A DNA stretch of 64,000 nt from Spirochaetia bacterium (GCA_034520965.1 JAXHMY010000009.1:32001-96000), one strand, 5' to 3'; shown: positions 30,124 to 40,013, counted from the first letter of the stretch. Numbers and translations: made by a program. Notes: generated by a model from the letters alone, not told the origin.

Positions 30124-30405
30124 CTATCCCGCGTCGCGTTCGGCGCGTAACTTCTTGAGTTGGGCGACCAGGTCTTTTTGATCCGGGAAGGAAATTGCGT
30201 CGGCAGGACATATCTTCCCACAGGAAGTACAGCCGACAACGCAGTTGTATGGATTCACAACCACGCTTACGGAATCTTCCATGGAGAAAACCTCGTGGTC
30301 GCAGAAATCGACGCACTCACCGCAGCCGGTACATGCGTCGCTGTCAATTGTAGGATACCAGTCTATTTTTTCCCGAGGGATTCCCATATAGCTGTTGTCC
30401 GACAT
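30124..30405 (-). CDS. 2x[4Fe-4S] ferredoxin
   Basis: CTGCGECVDFC and CVVGCTSCGKICP. Confidence 0.93.
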   Translation of the reverse strand: MSDNSYMGIPREKIDWYPTIDSDACTGCGECVDFCDHEVFSMEDSVSVVVNPYNCVVGCTSCGKICPADAISFPDQKDLVAQLKKLRAERDAG

Positions 30406-30407
30406 AT

Positions 30408-30770
30408 CTATATCTCCTCCAATACCGTCTTGATGTCCTGGAAAGCCTGTTCTGTGGTTTTGAACTGGATCGAGACCGGTCTCCAGTTCTCTCCCTGCTT
30501 CATTGGTACACCCGCCTTCTCAAAACCGTCGCGGAGCAGTTTGACTTGCTTTTCGACCTTGCAGGCAGGGGTGACATAGACTACATCATCGCTCTTTAGT
30601 AAATCTTCCATAAGCGCTTCCCCGTTGGATTCACACAAACGCGTGTGCATCAGCATATAGTCATGGGGGAGCTCCATGCGGACCCGTTCCGCGAGTTCGG
30701 GAATGTTCAGATCCTTCATACTCGGGCAGGCAAAACTACAAGTGCACATAAGGATTGTTTTCTTAGGCAT
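30408..30770 (-). CDS. Cys-rich protein resembling stand-alone HdrA N-terminal domain
   Basis: CTCSFAC...LCESNG...TPAC-x4-Q spacing; RBS AAGGAG. Confidence 0.55.
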   Translation of the reverse strand: MPKKTILMCTCSFACPSMKDLNIPELAERVRMELPHDYMLMHTRLCESNGEALMEDLLKSDDVVYVTPACKVEKQVKLLRDGFEKAGVPMKQGENWRPVSIQFKTTEQAFQDIKTVLEEI

Positions 30771-30898
30771 ATATTACTCCTTTGCTAAAAGTTTACCGTA
30801 AGCTTACGCTCCGGGTTATGCGACCTTTGCGGCCACTCACTCAGCAGCTGTTATGTCCAGCTGCTTTTTGTTCACCGATTCATCTCGGCTTACATTCC

Positions 30899-30935
30899 TT
30901 ATTGGTAATATAACCAAATTACCAATAATTGTCAA
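30899..30935 (-). promoter_or_regulatory. Promoter with palindromic operator
   Basis: TTATTGGTAAT-N8-ATTACCAATAA containing TTGG-N8-CCAAA; TGTCAA 30930-30935. Confidence 0.65.
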
Positions 30936-31013
30936 GGCAATATTATCGGTTTTTCTTGGAATTAAAACCTCCACACTGATTGTCCCTGGGCTCCAAGGGA
31001 GACTATAGACAGT

Positions 31014-33344
31014 TCACCTATTCGCCTTCCGGATGGCCGCCAAGACCCTGGACGGGGTGAAGGGGAGCTCCCTGATACGGGCGCCGGTGGCGTTGTAAAT
31101 CGCGTTGGCGATGGCCGCCGGAGGAGTGTCGATACCTATTTCCGCTATCGATTTCGCACCGAAGGGTCCGCTGGGCTCGTAGCTATCGGCCAGTTCTGCG
31201 GTGAGTTTCTTTACATCCTCCCGGTTGGGAATCTTGTAGTGCATCAGGTTGTTGGTGCGCATACCCCCCTTGGCGTTGTACTGTACATCTTCGTAGCGGG
31301 TCATACCGATACCTTGCAAAAGCCCCCCTTCGACTTGAATTCGCGCCAGGTTTGGGTTGATTGGAGTGCCGCAGTCTACCACCGCCACGTAGTTCAATAC
31401 ATCTACCTCACCGGTTTCGGTATCCACCTCCACCTCGACAAAACCGGCCAGGTATGGGGGAGGAGCTTTTTCACCGGAGTAGGAGCCTGAGGCGGAGAGG
31501 GTCTTCATGTTGGCCCCCTCGTGGTAGAGGGTGTCGTAGCTGAACTCTTTTAGGCTTACCTTTTTTGCTCCATCCTTTGTGCGCAGTTCCCGGCGGTCGA
31601 ACTCTACCTGTTCCGGATCGACGCCAAACTTCACCGCCGCCGCTTCGCGGAGAACCTGCTTCATGTTTTGGGCGGCTCGAACGACGGCGTTGCCGGAGAC
31701 GTAGGTGGTGCTCGAGGCGTAGGCTCCCACGTCGTAGGGGGTCAGATCGGTGTCGGAGGCGTAGACGACGATGTCGTCGCTGGAGACTCCCAGCTCTTCG
31801 GCGGCTATTTGGGCCAGAATCGTATCGCTGCCGGTTCCCAGATCGGTCGCACCGATGTGCAGCTTGAAGAACCCGTCGTCCTGCAGTTCCAGATAGGCCG
31901 AGCCCATGTCGATGAGGGGAATGCCAGAACCCTGCATGGCCAGGGCCACTCCTTTGGCCCGCACCTTTCCCGGTGCTGTTTCTTGGACGAGCTGTCCCGG
32001 CTTCCAGTTGATCAACTCGCGGCCCCGTTTTACACAGTAGTCGAGTTTGCAGCTTTCGACGATCATTTCGACCCCTTCAGTCCCTTCGCCCATGATCCTG
32101 AATATCTCGCTGGTCTCACCTTCGGCGATCATGTTTTTTTCCCGGAGTTCCACCGGGTCCATCCCCAATTTATGGGCCAGCTCGTCCATGGCCGACTCCA
32201 GGGCGAAGTTACCCTGAACGGCCCCGTAGCCGCGGTAAGCGCCGGCGGGGATTTTGTTGGTGTATACGATTTTGCCGCCGAACTTCACCGCCTTCACTTT
32301 ATTGTAGAGGGGCAGGGATTTAGATCCGCTTACCATAAAGACGGTCAGGGCGTGCTCGCCGTAGGCGCCGGTGTTGGAGAGGACGTGCATGTCGATGGCG
32401 TTGATTTTTCCTTCCCCGGTCGCGCCGATGCGCACATCGAGGCGCATCTGATGGCTGGTGAAGCTGGCCTCGAAAACCTCGCGGCGGCTCATGACCACCT
32501 TGGCCGGTTTCCCCGTCTTGAGGGTTATCAGGGCGGCGTAAGGTTCCACGTGCACATGCTGTTTTCCTCCGAAGCCTCCGCCGATGCGTGGCTTTTGCAC
32601 CCGGATTTTACGCAGCGGCATGTCCAGGGCTTGCCCCATCAGGCGCCGAGTGTGAAAGGGGTTCTGGGTGGAGGTGACGACATTGAGACGTCCGTGCAGA
32701 TCCAGGTAGGTGAAGGCGGCGTGGGGTTCCAGGGCGACATGGGCCTGGGCCTGGGTGTAGTAGGAAGAGGCGACCTGTACCTCGCTCTCCCGGAGCTCTT
32801 CTTCCACATCGCCGATCTCCATCGCGTAGGCGGCGGCGATATTACGTTTCGGTTCAAACCCAGTGGGAAACATATCGTGGATCTCCGGTTCCGGGTGAAT
32901 GATTGTTTCGTTGTCCGCTGCTTTTTCAAAATCCAAAACCGCTTCCAAAACCTCGTATTCCACCTTGATAAGTTCAGTGGCTTTGCGGGCCGTTTCTTCG
33001 TCTACCGCGGCCACCGCAACGACTTCGTCACCCACATACCGCACGTATTCGTCGAAAATAAACTTATCGTGGGGGCTGGGCTCAGGGTGTCCCTGTCCGG
33101 CCCGGGTATAGGGTATACGCTTTACGTCTTTGTGGCTTATTACACACTCCACTCCGGGCAGTTTCAAAGCCTCGGAGGCGTCGATGGATACTATTCTGGC
33201 GTGGGCGTGGGGGCTGCGGATCAGCTTGACGATTAGCGCGTCCCCGGGGGCGAGGTCGTCGGTGTAGGCCGGCCGTCCCTGCACCAGCCCCTTGCCGTCT
33301 ATTTTTTGTCGATCTTTTTTTACTTCCTGAAACTCCTTATGCAT
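31014..33344 (-). CDS. Xanthine dehydrogenase-family molybdopterin-binding subunit
   Basis: RSPHAHA, GGGFGGK, AYRGYG, DLGTG, GPFGAK. Confidence 0.95.
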   Translation of the reverse strand: MHKEFQEVKKDRQKIDGKGLVQGRPAYTDDLAPGDALIVKLIRSPHAHARIVSIDASEALKLPGVECVISHKDVKRIPYTRAGQGHPEPSPHDKFIFDEYVRYVGDEVVAVAAVDEETARKATELIKVEYEVLEAVLDFEKAADNETIIHPEPEIHDMFPTGFEPKRNIAAAYAMEIGDVEEELRESEVQVASSYYTQAQAHVALEPHAAFTYLDLHGRLNVVTSTQNPFHTRRLMGQALDMPLRKIRVQKPRIGGGFGGKQHVHVEPYAALITLKTGKPAKVVMSRREVFEASFTSHQMRLDVRIGATGEGKINAIDMHVLSNTGAYGEHALTVFMVSGSKSLPLYNKVKAVKFGGKIVYTNKIPAGAYRGYGAVQGNFALESAMDELAHKLGMDPVELREKNMIAEGETSEIFRIMGEGTEGVEMIVESCKLDYCVKRGRELINWKPGQLVQETAPGKVRAKGVALAMQGSGIPLIDMGSAYLELQDDGFFKLHIGATDLGTGSDTILAQIAAEELGVSSDDIVVYASDTDLTPYDVGAYASSTTYVSGNAVVRAAQNMKQVLREAAAVKFGVDPEQVEFDRRELRTKDGAKKVSLKEFSYDTLYHEGANMKTLSASGSYSGEKAPPPYLAGFVEVEVDTETGEVDVLNYVAVVDCGTPINPNLARIQVEGGLLQGIGMTRYEDVQYNAKGGMRTNNLMHYKIPNREDVKKLTAELADSYEPSGPFGAKSIAEIGIDTPPAAIANAIYNATGARIRELPFTPSRVLAAIRKANR

Positions 33345-33792
33345 AGCCGGCCTCCAGATATTTTTTGATAGCCCTCAGCTGCCCCTCGTAGCCGCTGCAG
33401 CGGCAGAGGTTGCCCGCAAGGTAATGTTTTATCTCTTCTTCACTCGGTGCGTTGAGCTCTTTTTTCATCGCCAGCACGGTCAGAGCAAAACCGGGGGCAC
33501 AGAAACCGCACTGATCGGCCCCTTCGTTGACCAGGTATTCGGAAAACTCTTCGACCTCTTCCCGAAGCCCTTTGATGGTGGTGACCTTCCTGCCGTCGGC
33601 CATCGCGGCCAGGAAGGAGCAGGACAGGATAGGTGACTCGTCCAGCAGCACCGAACACACTCCGCAGCTGCCGGTGTCGCAGCCTTTTTTTACCTCGGTG
33701 TAGCCGGCCGCCCGGAGGCTGTCAGCCAGTATCTCCCCGGGTTTAATATCTAATGATTTTTCTTCGCTGTTTATTTCTAGTGTGATTTTCAT
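33337..33792 (-). CDS. Xanthine dehydrogenase-family [2Fe-2S] subunit
   Basis: GCDTGSCGVC, QCGFC, NLCRCSGY. Confidence 0.95.
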   Translation of the reverse strand: MKITLEINSEEKSLDIKPGEILADSLRAAGYTEVKKGCDTGSCGVCSVLLDESPILSCSFLAAMADGRKVTTIKGLREEVEEFSEYLVNEGADQCGFCAPGFALTVLAMKKELNAPSEEEIKHYLAGNLCRCSGYEGQLRAIKKYLEAGYA

Positions 33793-34577
33793 TCCGCAAC
33801 CTCCATGACCGCTCTTTTTACCAAAACCCGGCAGATTTCCCGCCTGTATTCGGCCTCTCCCCGGATATCGCTGCCGAAACTCAGCTCCTCCGCCGCGGCG
33901 CTGCCGGCTTGTTCGGCGCGCTTTGGGTCCGCCGCCTTATCCGCGCCAAGCACGCCTCCAGCGGTTGCGGCCAGCCGGGCTCGGCCCGGCCGCGCCCCGA
34001 CGGCGATCCGCCATCCCTTCGGACCGAACGCCGCGGCGGCGTTGAGAGCGGCAAAATCCCCGGCGCTGTTCCGGACCGATTGAAAGGCCGCATTGGTGCC
34101 GGTGTCGAGGAGAATTTTTTCTACCAGTACCGGTTCCGACGACCTGTTATTGAGAAAATCCTCGAAGTCTACTGTTCCGTCCCGGTACAGTACGACCCTT
34201 GCGGCCATTGCCAGCAGCGTGGTGTTGAGATCAGAAAAACCGTAGCGTCCGGCGACGGTACCACCGACTGTCACGATGTTTCTCATCTGTACTCCCACAA
34301 TATTTCCCAGGGTACGTGGAAAGAGTCCTCCGAAAACTTCTTTTAATTCCGGGGAGGTTTCGAGATCTCGGGCAGTACTCATCGCGCCGATCTCGATAGC
34401 TGTATCGATACGCCGTATAAAACGAAGATCGAGACGAGTAAGATCCATTGCCGTATCGATCTTCCGGGAATTTAGACGCGACCACGTACCGCCGCCCAAG
34501 GGGTAGGCCTGTCTTTCTTTGAGAAGCGTATACGCTTCATCCAGCGAAGCAGGACGCGTATAGTTAATTATTTCCAT
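33789..34577 (-). CDS. Xanthine dehydrogenase-family FAD subunit
   Basis: PLGGGT, QMRNIVTVGG, DIRGEAEYR. Confidence 0.92.
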   Translation of the reverse strand: MEIINYTRPASLDEAYTLLKERQAYPLGGGTWSRLNSRKIDTAMDLTRLDLRFIRRIDTAIEIGAMSTARDLETSPELKEVFGGLFPRTLGNIVGVQMRNIVTVGGTVAGRYGFSDLNTTLLAMAARVVLYRDGTVDFEDFLNNRSSEPVLVEKILLDTGTNAAFQSVRNSAGDFAALNAAAAFGPKGWRIAVGARPGRARLAATAGGVLGADKAADPKRAEQAGSAAAEELSFGSDIRGEAEYRREICRVLVKRAVMEVAE

Positions 34578-34720
34578 GACTCTTCCTCCCCGTTTCAGTG
34601 TATCACTAATTTTATCACATAGTTTTTCAATATGCAAATATGTTCATACAAGAATGTTGACAAATATTCGGAGAAACACTACAATTTTATGAAAGGGTAA
34701 AAATGGCCGAAGGAGGCTGT

Positions 34721-36862
34721 ATGACAAATGAAATAAGTACTCCAGTTGAAAGGGTCGATGCGCGGGCCAAGACCGACGGTACTGCGCGTTATCTTGCCGA
34801 CATGACTTTTGAGGGGATGCTCTACGCCAAAGCGGTGAGATCCGAGCGCGCCCGGGCAAAAATCATCAATGTGGAAGTTCCCAGGCTTCCGAAGGGATAC
34901 TATTATATTGATGCCTCCGACATACCCTCGGAAGGGAAAAATAAAATTGAAATAATCAAGGACGACTGGCCGGTATTTGCCGACAGGGAAGTGCGTTTCA
35001 TCGGTGACACCATCGCCCTTATCGTCGGACCCGACCGGGGGGAGTTAAACCGCCTCTGCCGGGAGGTGAAGGTGGAGTACGAAGATCTGTCTCCGGCACT
35101 CACCCTGGACGAGGCGGAAGAGTTGAAGGGCGGCCCGATTCACGGGCATGATAACGCTTTTGCCGACTATCACCTGAAGAAGGGGGAGCCCGAGGAAGCA
35201 TTCAAAAGGGCGGACCGTATAATTGAGGATGTGGTGAGTACCGGTTACCAGGAGCACATCTATATGGAGCCCCAGGCAGTCGTTGTCCAGCCGCAGAAGG
35301 GGGGAAAGCTGAATGTATATTTTTCGGGACAGTGCCCATTTTATGTCCGGCACGCGGTGGCTGCAACACTGGGCGTAGAGGAAGGTGAAGTCCGGGTACA
35401 ACAGGCGGTTACCGGCGGTGCTTTCGGCGGAAAGGAACACTACCCCGATGTTGTCTCTACCAGTCTGGCCGTGGCGGCACATAAAACAGGCCGTCCGGTG
35501 GGCTACTTTTTCGACCGTGTGGAGGACATTAGTTATACCGTGAAACGGCATCCGAGTCGAACCAGTTTTCGCACTGCCCTCGATGAACGGGGTAATGTCT
35601 TGGCTATGGATATAGATCTTAAACTCAACGCCGGGGCCTACGAGAGCTGCTCCATGGTAGTTCTGCAGCGTTCAATTTTTTCGGTAAACAGTGTCTATGA
35701 TATACCCAACGTGAAGGTCCGCGGCCGGGCTTTTGCTACCAACAATGTGCCCTCCGACGCCTTTCGGGGATTCGGCGCTCCCCAGGGGCTCTATGCCATG
35801 GAGGTGCATATGAGTCATCTGGCCCGGGCGTTGGGGCTCTCCGAATTGGATTTTAAGCGGCGCTATTTGCTAAAAAAGGGCGGGGTGACGATTTCCAACG
35901 GCCATGTTCATGAAGAGGTAAAGCTGCCGGAGATGATAGAGCGGATAGATCGGATGTCCGGGTATCGTCGCAAAATCGAGGAGTTCAAGCCCGGTGGGTG
36001 GCGGGGCATCGGTTTTTCCATGGTAAACCACGGCAGCGGCTTCACCGGCAGTGGTGAGCAGGATATTATCCGCGCGGTGGTAAAAATAAAAAAACGGGCC
36101 GACGGTTATGTGGAGCTTTTCGCTTCAAACGTCGAGATGGGGCAGGGGCCGCTCACCACTTTCCCTAAAATCGCCGCCGCGGTGCTCGGTATACCGGTAG
36201 ATAAAGTTATCTACAACAATCCCGACACCGACTTGGTCCCCGATTCCGGGCCCACTGTCGCCTCCCGCACTATCGCCATAGTCGGCTATTTGGTCCAAGA
36301 GGCGGCCAAGAAATTAAAAGCTCGCTGGAACGAGTCCGGAGAGCCTGTAGTGGAGCAGCACTACGCCCCTCCCTCGTATCTGCGATGGGATCAGGAAAAG
36401 CTCGAAGGCGACGCCTATCCCTCCTACGGATGGGGCATCAAAGTGATCGAGGTAGAGGTCGATCCTCTTACCTACGAGGTGGAGACCAAGGGAATTTGGG
36501 CGGTTCACGATGTGGGGGTGGCTATTGATGAACAGGTGGTGGAAGGACAGGTCGACGGCGGTATTATTCAAGGCCTCGGGTGGGGAAGCTTGGAGAAATT
36601 AGAGGTGAAGGATGGTCGTTTTCTGCAAAGGACCATGGCCGATTACACCATCCCCACCAGTATGGATTTTCCCAAAATAGAGAGCGCCCTGGTGGACAAT
36701 CCCTATGAATATGGCCCTTTTGGAGCAAAGGGGGCCGGCGAGCTGGTTTTTGAGGGCGCCGCGGAGGCCTTTACCTCGGCAGTGCAAATGGCAATAGACC
36801 GGGATATGCAGCGTATACCTGTTACCCCGGAATATATAATGGAGGTATACGAAAATGGCTGA
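34721..36862 (+). CDS. Xanthine dehydrogenase-family molybdopterin-binding subunit
   Basis: GGAFGGKE, AFRGFG, EMGQG, GAKGAGE. Confidence 0.95.
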   Translation: MTNEISTPVERVDARAKTDGTARYLADMTFEGMLYAKAVRSERARAKIINVEVPRLPKGYYYIDASDIPSEGKNKIEIIKDDWPVFADREVRFIGDTIALIVGPDRGELNRLCREVKVEYEDLSPALTLDEAEELKGGPIHGHDNAFADYHLKKGEPEEAFKRADRIIEDVVSTGYQEHIYMEPQAVVVQPQKGGKLNVYFSGQCPFYVRHAVAATLGVEEGEVRVQQAVTGGAFGGKEHYPDVVSTSLAVAAHKTGRPVGYFFDRVEDISYTVKRHPSRTSFRTALDERGNVLAMDIDLKLNAGAYESCSMVVLQRSIFSVNSVYDIPNVKVRGRAFATNNVPSDAFRGFGAPQGLYAMEVHMSHLARALGLSELDFKRRYLLKKGGVTISNGHVHEEVKLPEMIERIDRMSGYRRKIEEFKPGGWRGIGFSMVNHGSGFTGSGEQDIIRAVVKIKKRADGYVELFASNVEMGQGPLTTFPKIAAAVLGIPVDKVIYNNPDTDLVPDSGPTVASRTIAIVGYLVQEAAKKLKARWNESGEPVVEQHYAPPSYLRWDQEKLEGDAYPSYGWGIKVIEVEVDPLTYEVETKGIWAVHDVGVAIDEQVVEGQVDGGIIQGLGWGSLEKLEVKDGRFLQRTMADYTIPTSMDFPKIESALVDNPYEYGPFGAKGAGELVFEGAAEAFTSAVQMAIDRDMQRIPVTPEYIMEVYENG

Positions 36863-37328
36863 AATAACTTTTTCCGTCAATGGAAAAAGCAGAACGATAG
36901 ACACAAACCCCCTGCGAAGACTTCTCGATGTGTTGCGGGAGGACCTCGGGCTGACCGGGGTGAAGGAGGGATGTGCTGAAGGGGAGTGTGGGGCCTGTTC
37001 TGTTCTCAAAGACGGGCTTTTGGTAAACACCTGCATGGTTCCCATCGGTATCTGTGAAGGATCGGAGATATTAACCCCCGAGGGGCTGCGCGAAACTGAT
37101 CGGGGAAAGGCCATCATCGACGCTTATGCCGAAACGGGTGCGGTGCAGTGCGGTTTCTGCACCCCCGGTATGATGATGGCGAGCGAGGCTCTGTTGGATA
37201 AGAATCCTCAGCCTACGGAAGCAGAAGTGCGTGAAGCCTTGTCGGGTAACCTGTGTCGCTGCACAGGCTACGACATGATAATCGAAGGGGTGCTCAAGGC
37301 GGCGGAAGGGGGGAAGGGACTATGGTAG
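36855..37328 (+). CDS. Xanthine dehydrogenase-family [2Fe-2S] subunit
   Basis: GCAEGECGAC, QCGFCTPG, NLCRCTGY. Confidence 0.95.
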   Translation: MAEITFSVNGKSRTIDTNPLRRLLDVLREDLGLTGVKEGCAEGECGACSVLKDGLLVNTCMVPIGICEGSEILTPEGLRETDRGKAIIDAYAETGAVQCGFCTPGMMMASEALLDKNPQPTEAEVREALSGNLCRCTGYDMIIEGVLKAAEGGKGLW

Positions 37329-38170
37329 ATGCATATCGACCGCAGAGCCTTGAAGAAGCTTTACTGCTTCGAAGTGAAACAGGAGCTATTCCCTTCGCCG
37401 GGGGTACCGATTTGATGGTGAAGTACAGGTATGAATCCGGTGCGGTTCCCGAGTACCCCGGGCCGATTCTCTTTCTGCCGCAGCTGAAAGAGCTGCGCGG
37501 CATACGGGTGAGTGAGGAGGAGATACGCATAGGTGCGGGCAGCACCTTGTCGGAAATCCTCCACTCTCCGCAGGTACCGGAACTCTTAAAAGAAGCGGTA
37601 CGGACTATAGCGGCTCCGGGACTGCGAAACACAGCCACCTTGGGAGGGAATATATGTAACGCCTCCCCGGCGGCAGACGGGGTCTGTGCATTGTACGCTC
37701 TGAACGCGCGGGCCAGGGTTGCCTCGGCCGGTTCTGAGCGGGAATTGCCGCTTTACGATTTTATAACCGGGCCCGGCAAAACCATCCTGGGAGAGGATGA
37801 GTTACTTGTCGCGATTATCCTTCCCATGGAACAATTGTCGCTGCATCTTTTTCGAAAAGTAGGAACGAGAAGGGCGAACGCCCTGGCAAAACTCAATATC
37901 GCCGCAACTGCCAAACTGCGCGGAGATCGTGTGGATGAAGTACGGATCGCCCTGGGCGCGGTTGCTCCGGTAGTGCTCCGTTCTCTGGAGTTGGAAAAAC
38001 AGATGGCGGGTCTGACCAAAACTGAGCTGTCGAAAAAACTTGAGTACTTTGTTGAGGGCTACGAGGCGATGATTCGGCCTATTGATGACCAGCGATCGAC
38101 CGCTGAGTACCGTGGAAAAGTTTCGGTTAAGCTTCTGCGTCAGTTTTTATCCAGCCTGATCGATGCATAG
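37322..38170 (+). CDS. Xanthine dehydrogenase-family FAD subunit
   Basis: AGGTDL, RNTATLGGNICNASPAAD, PIDDQRSTAEYR. Confidence 0.95.
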   Translation: MVDAYRPQSLEEALLLRSETGAIPFAGGTDLMVKYRYESGAVPEYPGPILFLPQLKELRGIRVSEEEIRIGAGSTLSEILHSPQVPELLKEAVRTIAAPGLRNTATLGGNICNASPAADGVCALYALNARARVASAGSERELPLYDFITGPGKTILGEDELLVAIILPMEQLSLHLFRKVGTRRANALAKLNIAATAKLRGDRVDEVRIALGAVAPVVLRSLELEKQMAGLTKTELSKKLEYFVEGYEAMIRPIDDQRSTAEYRGKVSVKLLRQFLSSLIDA

Positions 38171-38195
38171 AAGTATAAAAAGCCGGTATATATAA

Positions 38196-38237
38196 TGGAG
38201 TTAGACGCAAGCGATGAATACATCAAACATCAATATA
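38196..38237 (+). repeat. 42 bp direct repeat, copy 1
   Basis: TGGAGTTAGACGCAAGCGATGAATACATCAAACATCAATATA identical to 45378-45419. Confidence 0.92.
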
Positions 38238-38250
38238 GCAGGTTATTGCA

Positions 38251-38829
38251 ATGAATGAGGAAAAAACTGAGTGTTGTGATTTAAGTATGATAGTTTCAAC
38301 CTTTTATCATCAATTAAAAAGATATCTAATAGGAAAAATCGGAGATATTCATTTGGCCGAAGATATAGTGCAGGAAGTTATGCTGAAAGTAGTTTCCGCC
38401 CATCGAAAGAGTATATACGTAAAAAATGTAAAGGCCTGGGTGTACCAGATTGCACGCAATACTTTGATAGATCATTACAGGAGAAAAAAGAATACAATAG
38501 AAAACTGCGAAGAATACATTGATGAAATACTGTCTACGCAAAAAGAGGACAATTTCAGCCTAGATGAATACTTGATTCCGATGATAAATTTGCTTCCTGA
38601 AAAATACAGTATGCCTTTATTACTTTTTGATATAAAAAACAAATCACAGAATGAAATTGCCCAAATAATTGATATTTCCCTTTCGGCAACCAAAATGAGG
38701 ATTCAAAGAGCCAGAAAAATGCTATATGGTTTGTTTGTTGAATGTTGTGATATCCAATATACCGAAAACGGATCTTTCTTACATTGTGAAGTAAAAGAAA
38801 CATGTATCCCATTAAGAAATTTGGAATAA
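38251..38829 (+). CDS. sigZ: ECF sigma factor, SigZ-like
   Basis: AEDIVQEV, WVYQIARNTLIDHYR, TKMRIQRAR, C-terminal ECC; AT-rich. Confidence 0.82.
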   Translation: MNEEKTECCDLSMIVSTFYHQLKRYLIGKIGDIHLAEDIVQEVMLKVVSAHRKSIYVKNVKAWVYQIARNTLIDHYRRKKNTIENCEEYIDEILSTQKEDNFSLDEYLIPMINLLPEKYSMPLLLFDIKNKSQNEIAQIIDISLSATKMRIQRARKMLYGLFVECCDIQYTENGSFLHCEVKETCIPLRNLE

Positions 38830-38909
38830 ATTTTTAGAAAAATGTGTCTTTTACGTGCTTCATCTCGTCTCCCTTATAAAGAAGCTGATTCTACTAATAG
38901 GAGCTATAG

Positions 38910-39806
38910 ATGAACACATTGATTGATACGCTTCAGTATTTTGTCGTAATTACCCTTGAGTTAATAGTCTTGTTTATTGGGATAACCGCAATTGTTGAAT
39001 TTATTCTAATGCATATATCGGAAGAAAAAATGAAAAAACTTCTTTCCGGTAAAGGTTTATGGGGCAATATCATTGGATCCGGACTTGGAAGCGTGACTCC
39101 ATTTTGTGCTTGTTCAACCATACCTATGACAGTTGGATTTCTAAATGCGAAAGTGCCTTTTGGTGCTACAATGTCATTTTTAATAGCTTCACCATTGGTG
39201 AACCCCATTATTATTGGGATGCTGGCGTTTTTCGTTGGTGTCAAAGCGGCAGCCATCTATTTTTTACTTGCTTTTATTCTATCGGTATTTTTTGGCTTCA
39301 TTCTTGAAAAAACTGGATTCAAAAAATATATAAAGAATGTTCGAGTTAAGGGCGACACAAAAATAAACGAACAAACTCCAAAGCAGTTATCATTTAAGTC
39401 AAAAATAAGAATATCATTATTTGCAGGTTGGTCAACATTAAAGCCGGTTCTAATATTTCTACTAATAGGCGTTGCCATAGGCGCAGTGATTTATGGGTAT
39501 ATGCCTGATGATTTTGTATTAAGAATTGCCGGTCCTGGTAATATTTTTGCCGTTCCTGTTGCCGCACTCGTTGGTGTACCGCTTTATATTAGAGCTGAAA
39601 CAGCAATTCCCATAGCGCTTTCTCTTGTAGAGAAAGGAATGGGTATAGGTACTGCCATCGCTTTAATAATAGGCGGTGCAGGTATGGCAATACCCGAGAT
39701 GAGTATGTTGGCAGGTATTTTTAAAATTAAACTTGTAGCTGCAATAGTTACTGTTATTTTTCTTACAGCCGTTATAAGCGGTTTTGTTTTCAATATTATT
39801 TTATAA
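38910..39806 (+). CDS. DUF318/ArsP-family permease
   Basis: TPFCACSTIP, FLIASPLVNP, GVPLY, GGAG-x-x-IPE. Confidence 0.9.
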   Translation: MNTLIDTLQYFVVITLELIVLFIGITAIVEFILMHISEEKMKKLLSGKGLWGNIIGSGLGSVTPFCACSTIPMTVGFLNAKVPFGATMSFLIASPLVNPIIIGMLAFFVGVKAAAIYFLLAFILSVFFGFILEKTGFKKYIKNVRVKGDTKINEQTPKQLSFKSKIRISLFAGWSTLKPVLIFLLIGVAIGAVIYGYMPDDFVLRIAGPGNIFAVPVAALVGVPLYIRAETAIPIALSLVEKGMGIGTAIALIIGGAGMAIPEMSMLAGIFKIKLVAAIVTVIFLTAVISGFVFNIIL

Positions 39807-39824
39807 CTTACAAAGGAGGCAGTT

Positions 39825-40013
39825 ATGACAGATAAAGATAAAAAGGGCTTATTCACCAGATTGTTTTCTGAAAGACCAAAGAAAGGAGGTTGTTGTAATA
39901 TCCAGTTTGAAGAGATTTCTGATGAAAATTACATATCAGAAAATCAAAAGAATAAGAACTCTGCGAAGATAGAAGATAAAGCAGACATTACAAACAAAAA
40001 AAAAGAGCAATGA
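39825..40013 (+). CDS. Small Cys-Cys protein
   Basis: 62 aa, KKGGCCNIQFEEI; RBS AAGGAGG. Confidence 0.7.
   Translation: MTDKDKKGLFTRLFSERPKKGGCCNIQFEEISDENYISENQKNKNSAKIEDKADITNKKKEQ

Noticed and set aside
30790..30870. Possible c-di-GMP-I riboswitch (GGCCGCAAAG on minus strand)
   Set aside because: Lacks the upstream GGCAAA/GNRA stem and the downstream receptor stem.
31668..33236. Long antisense ORFs (also 7686-8708, 8485-9369, 46720-48003, 17509-18528)
   Set aside because: Opposite-strand or off-frame shadows of well-supported GC-rich genes with no motifs.
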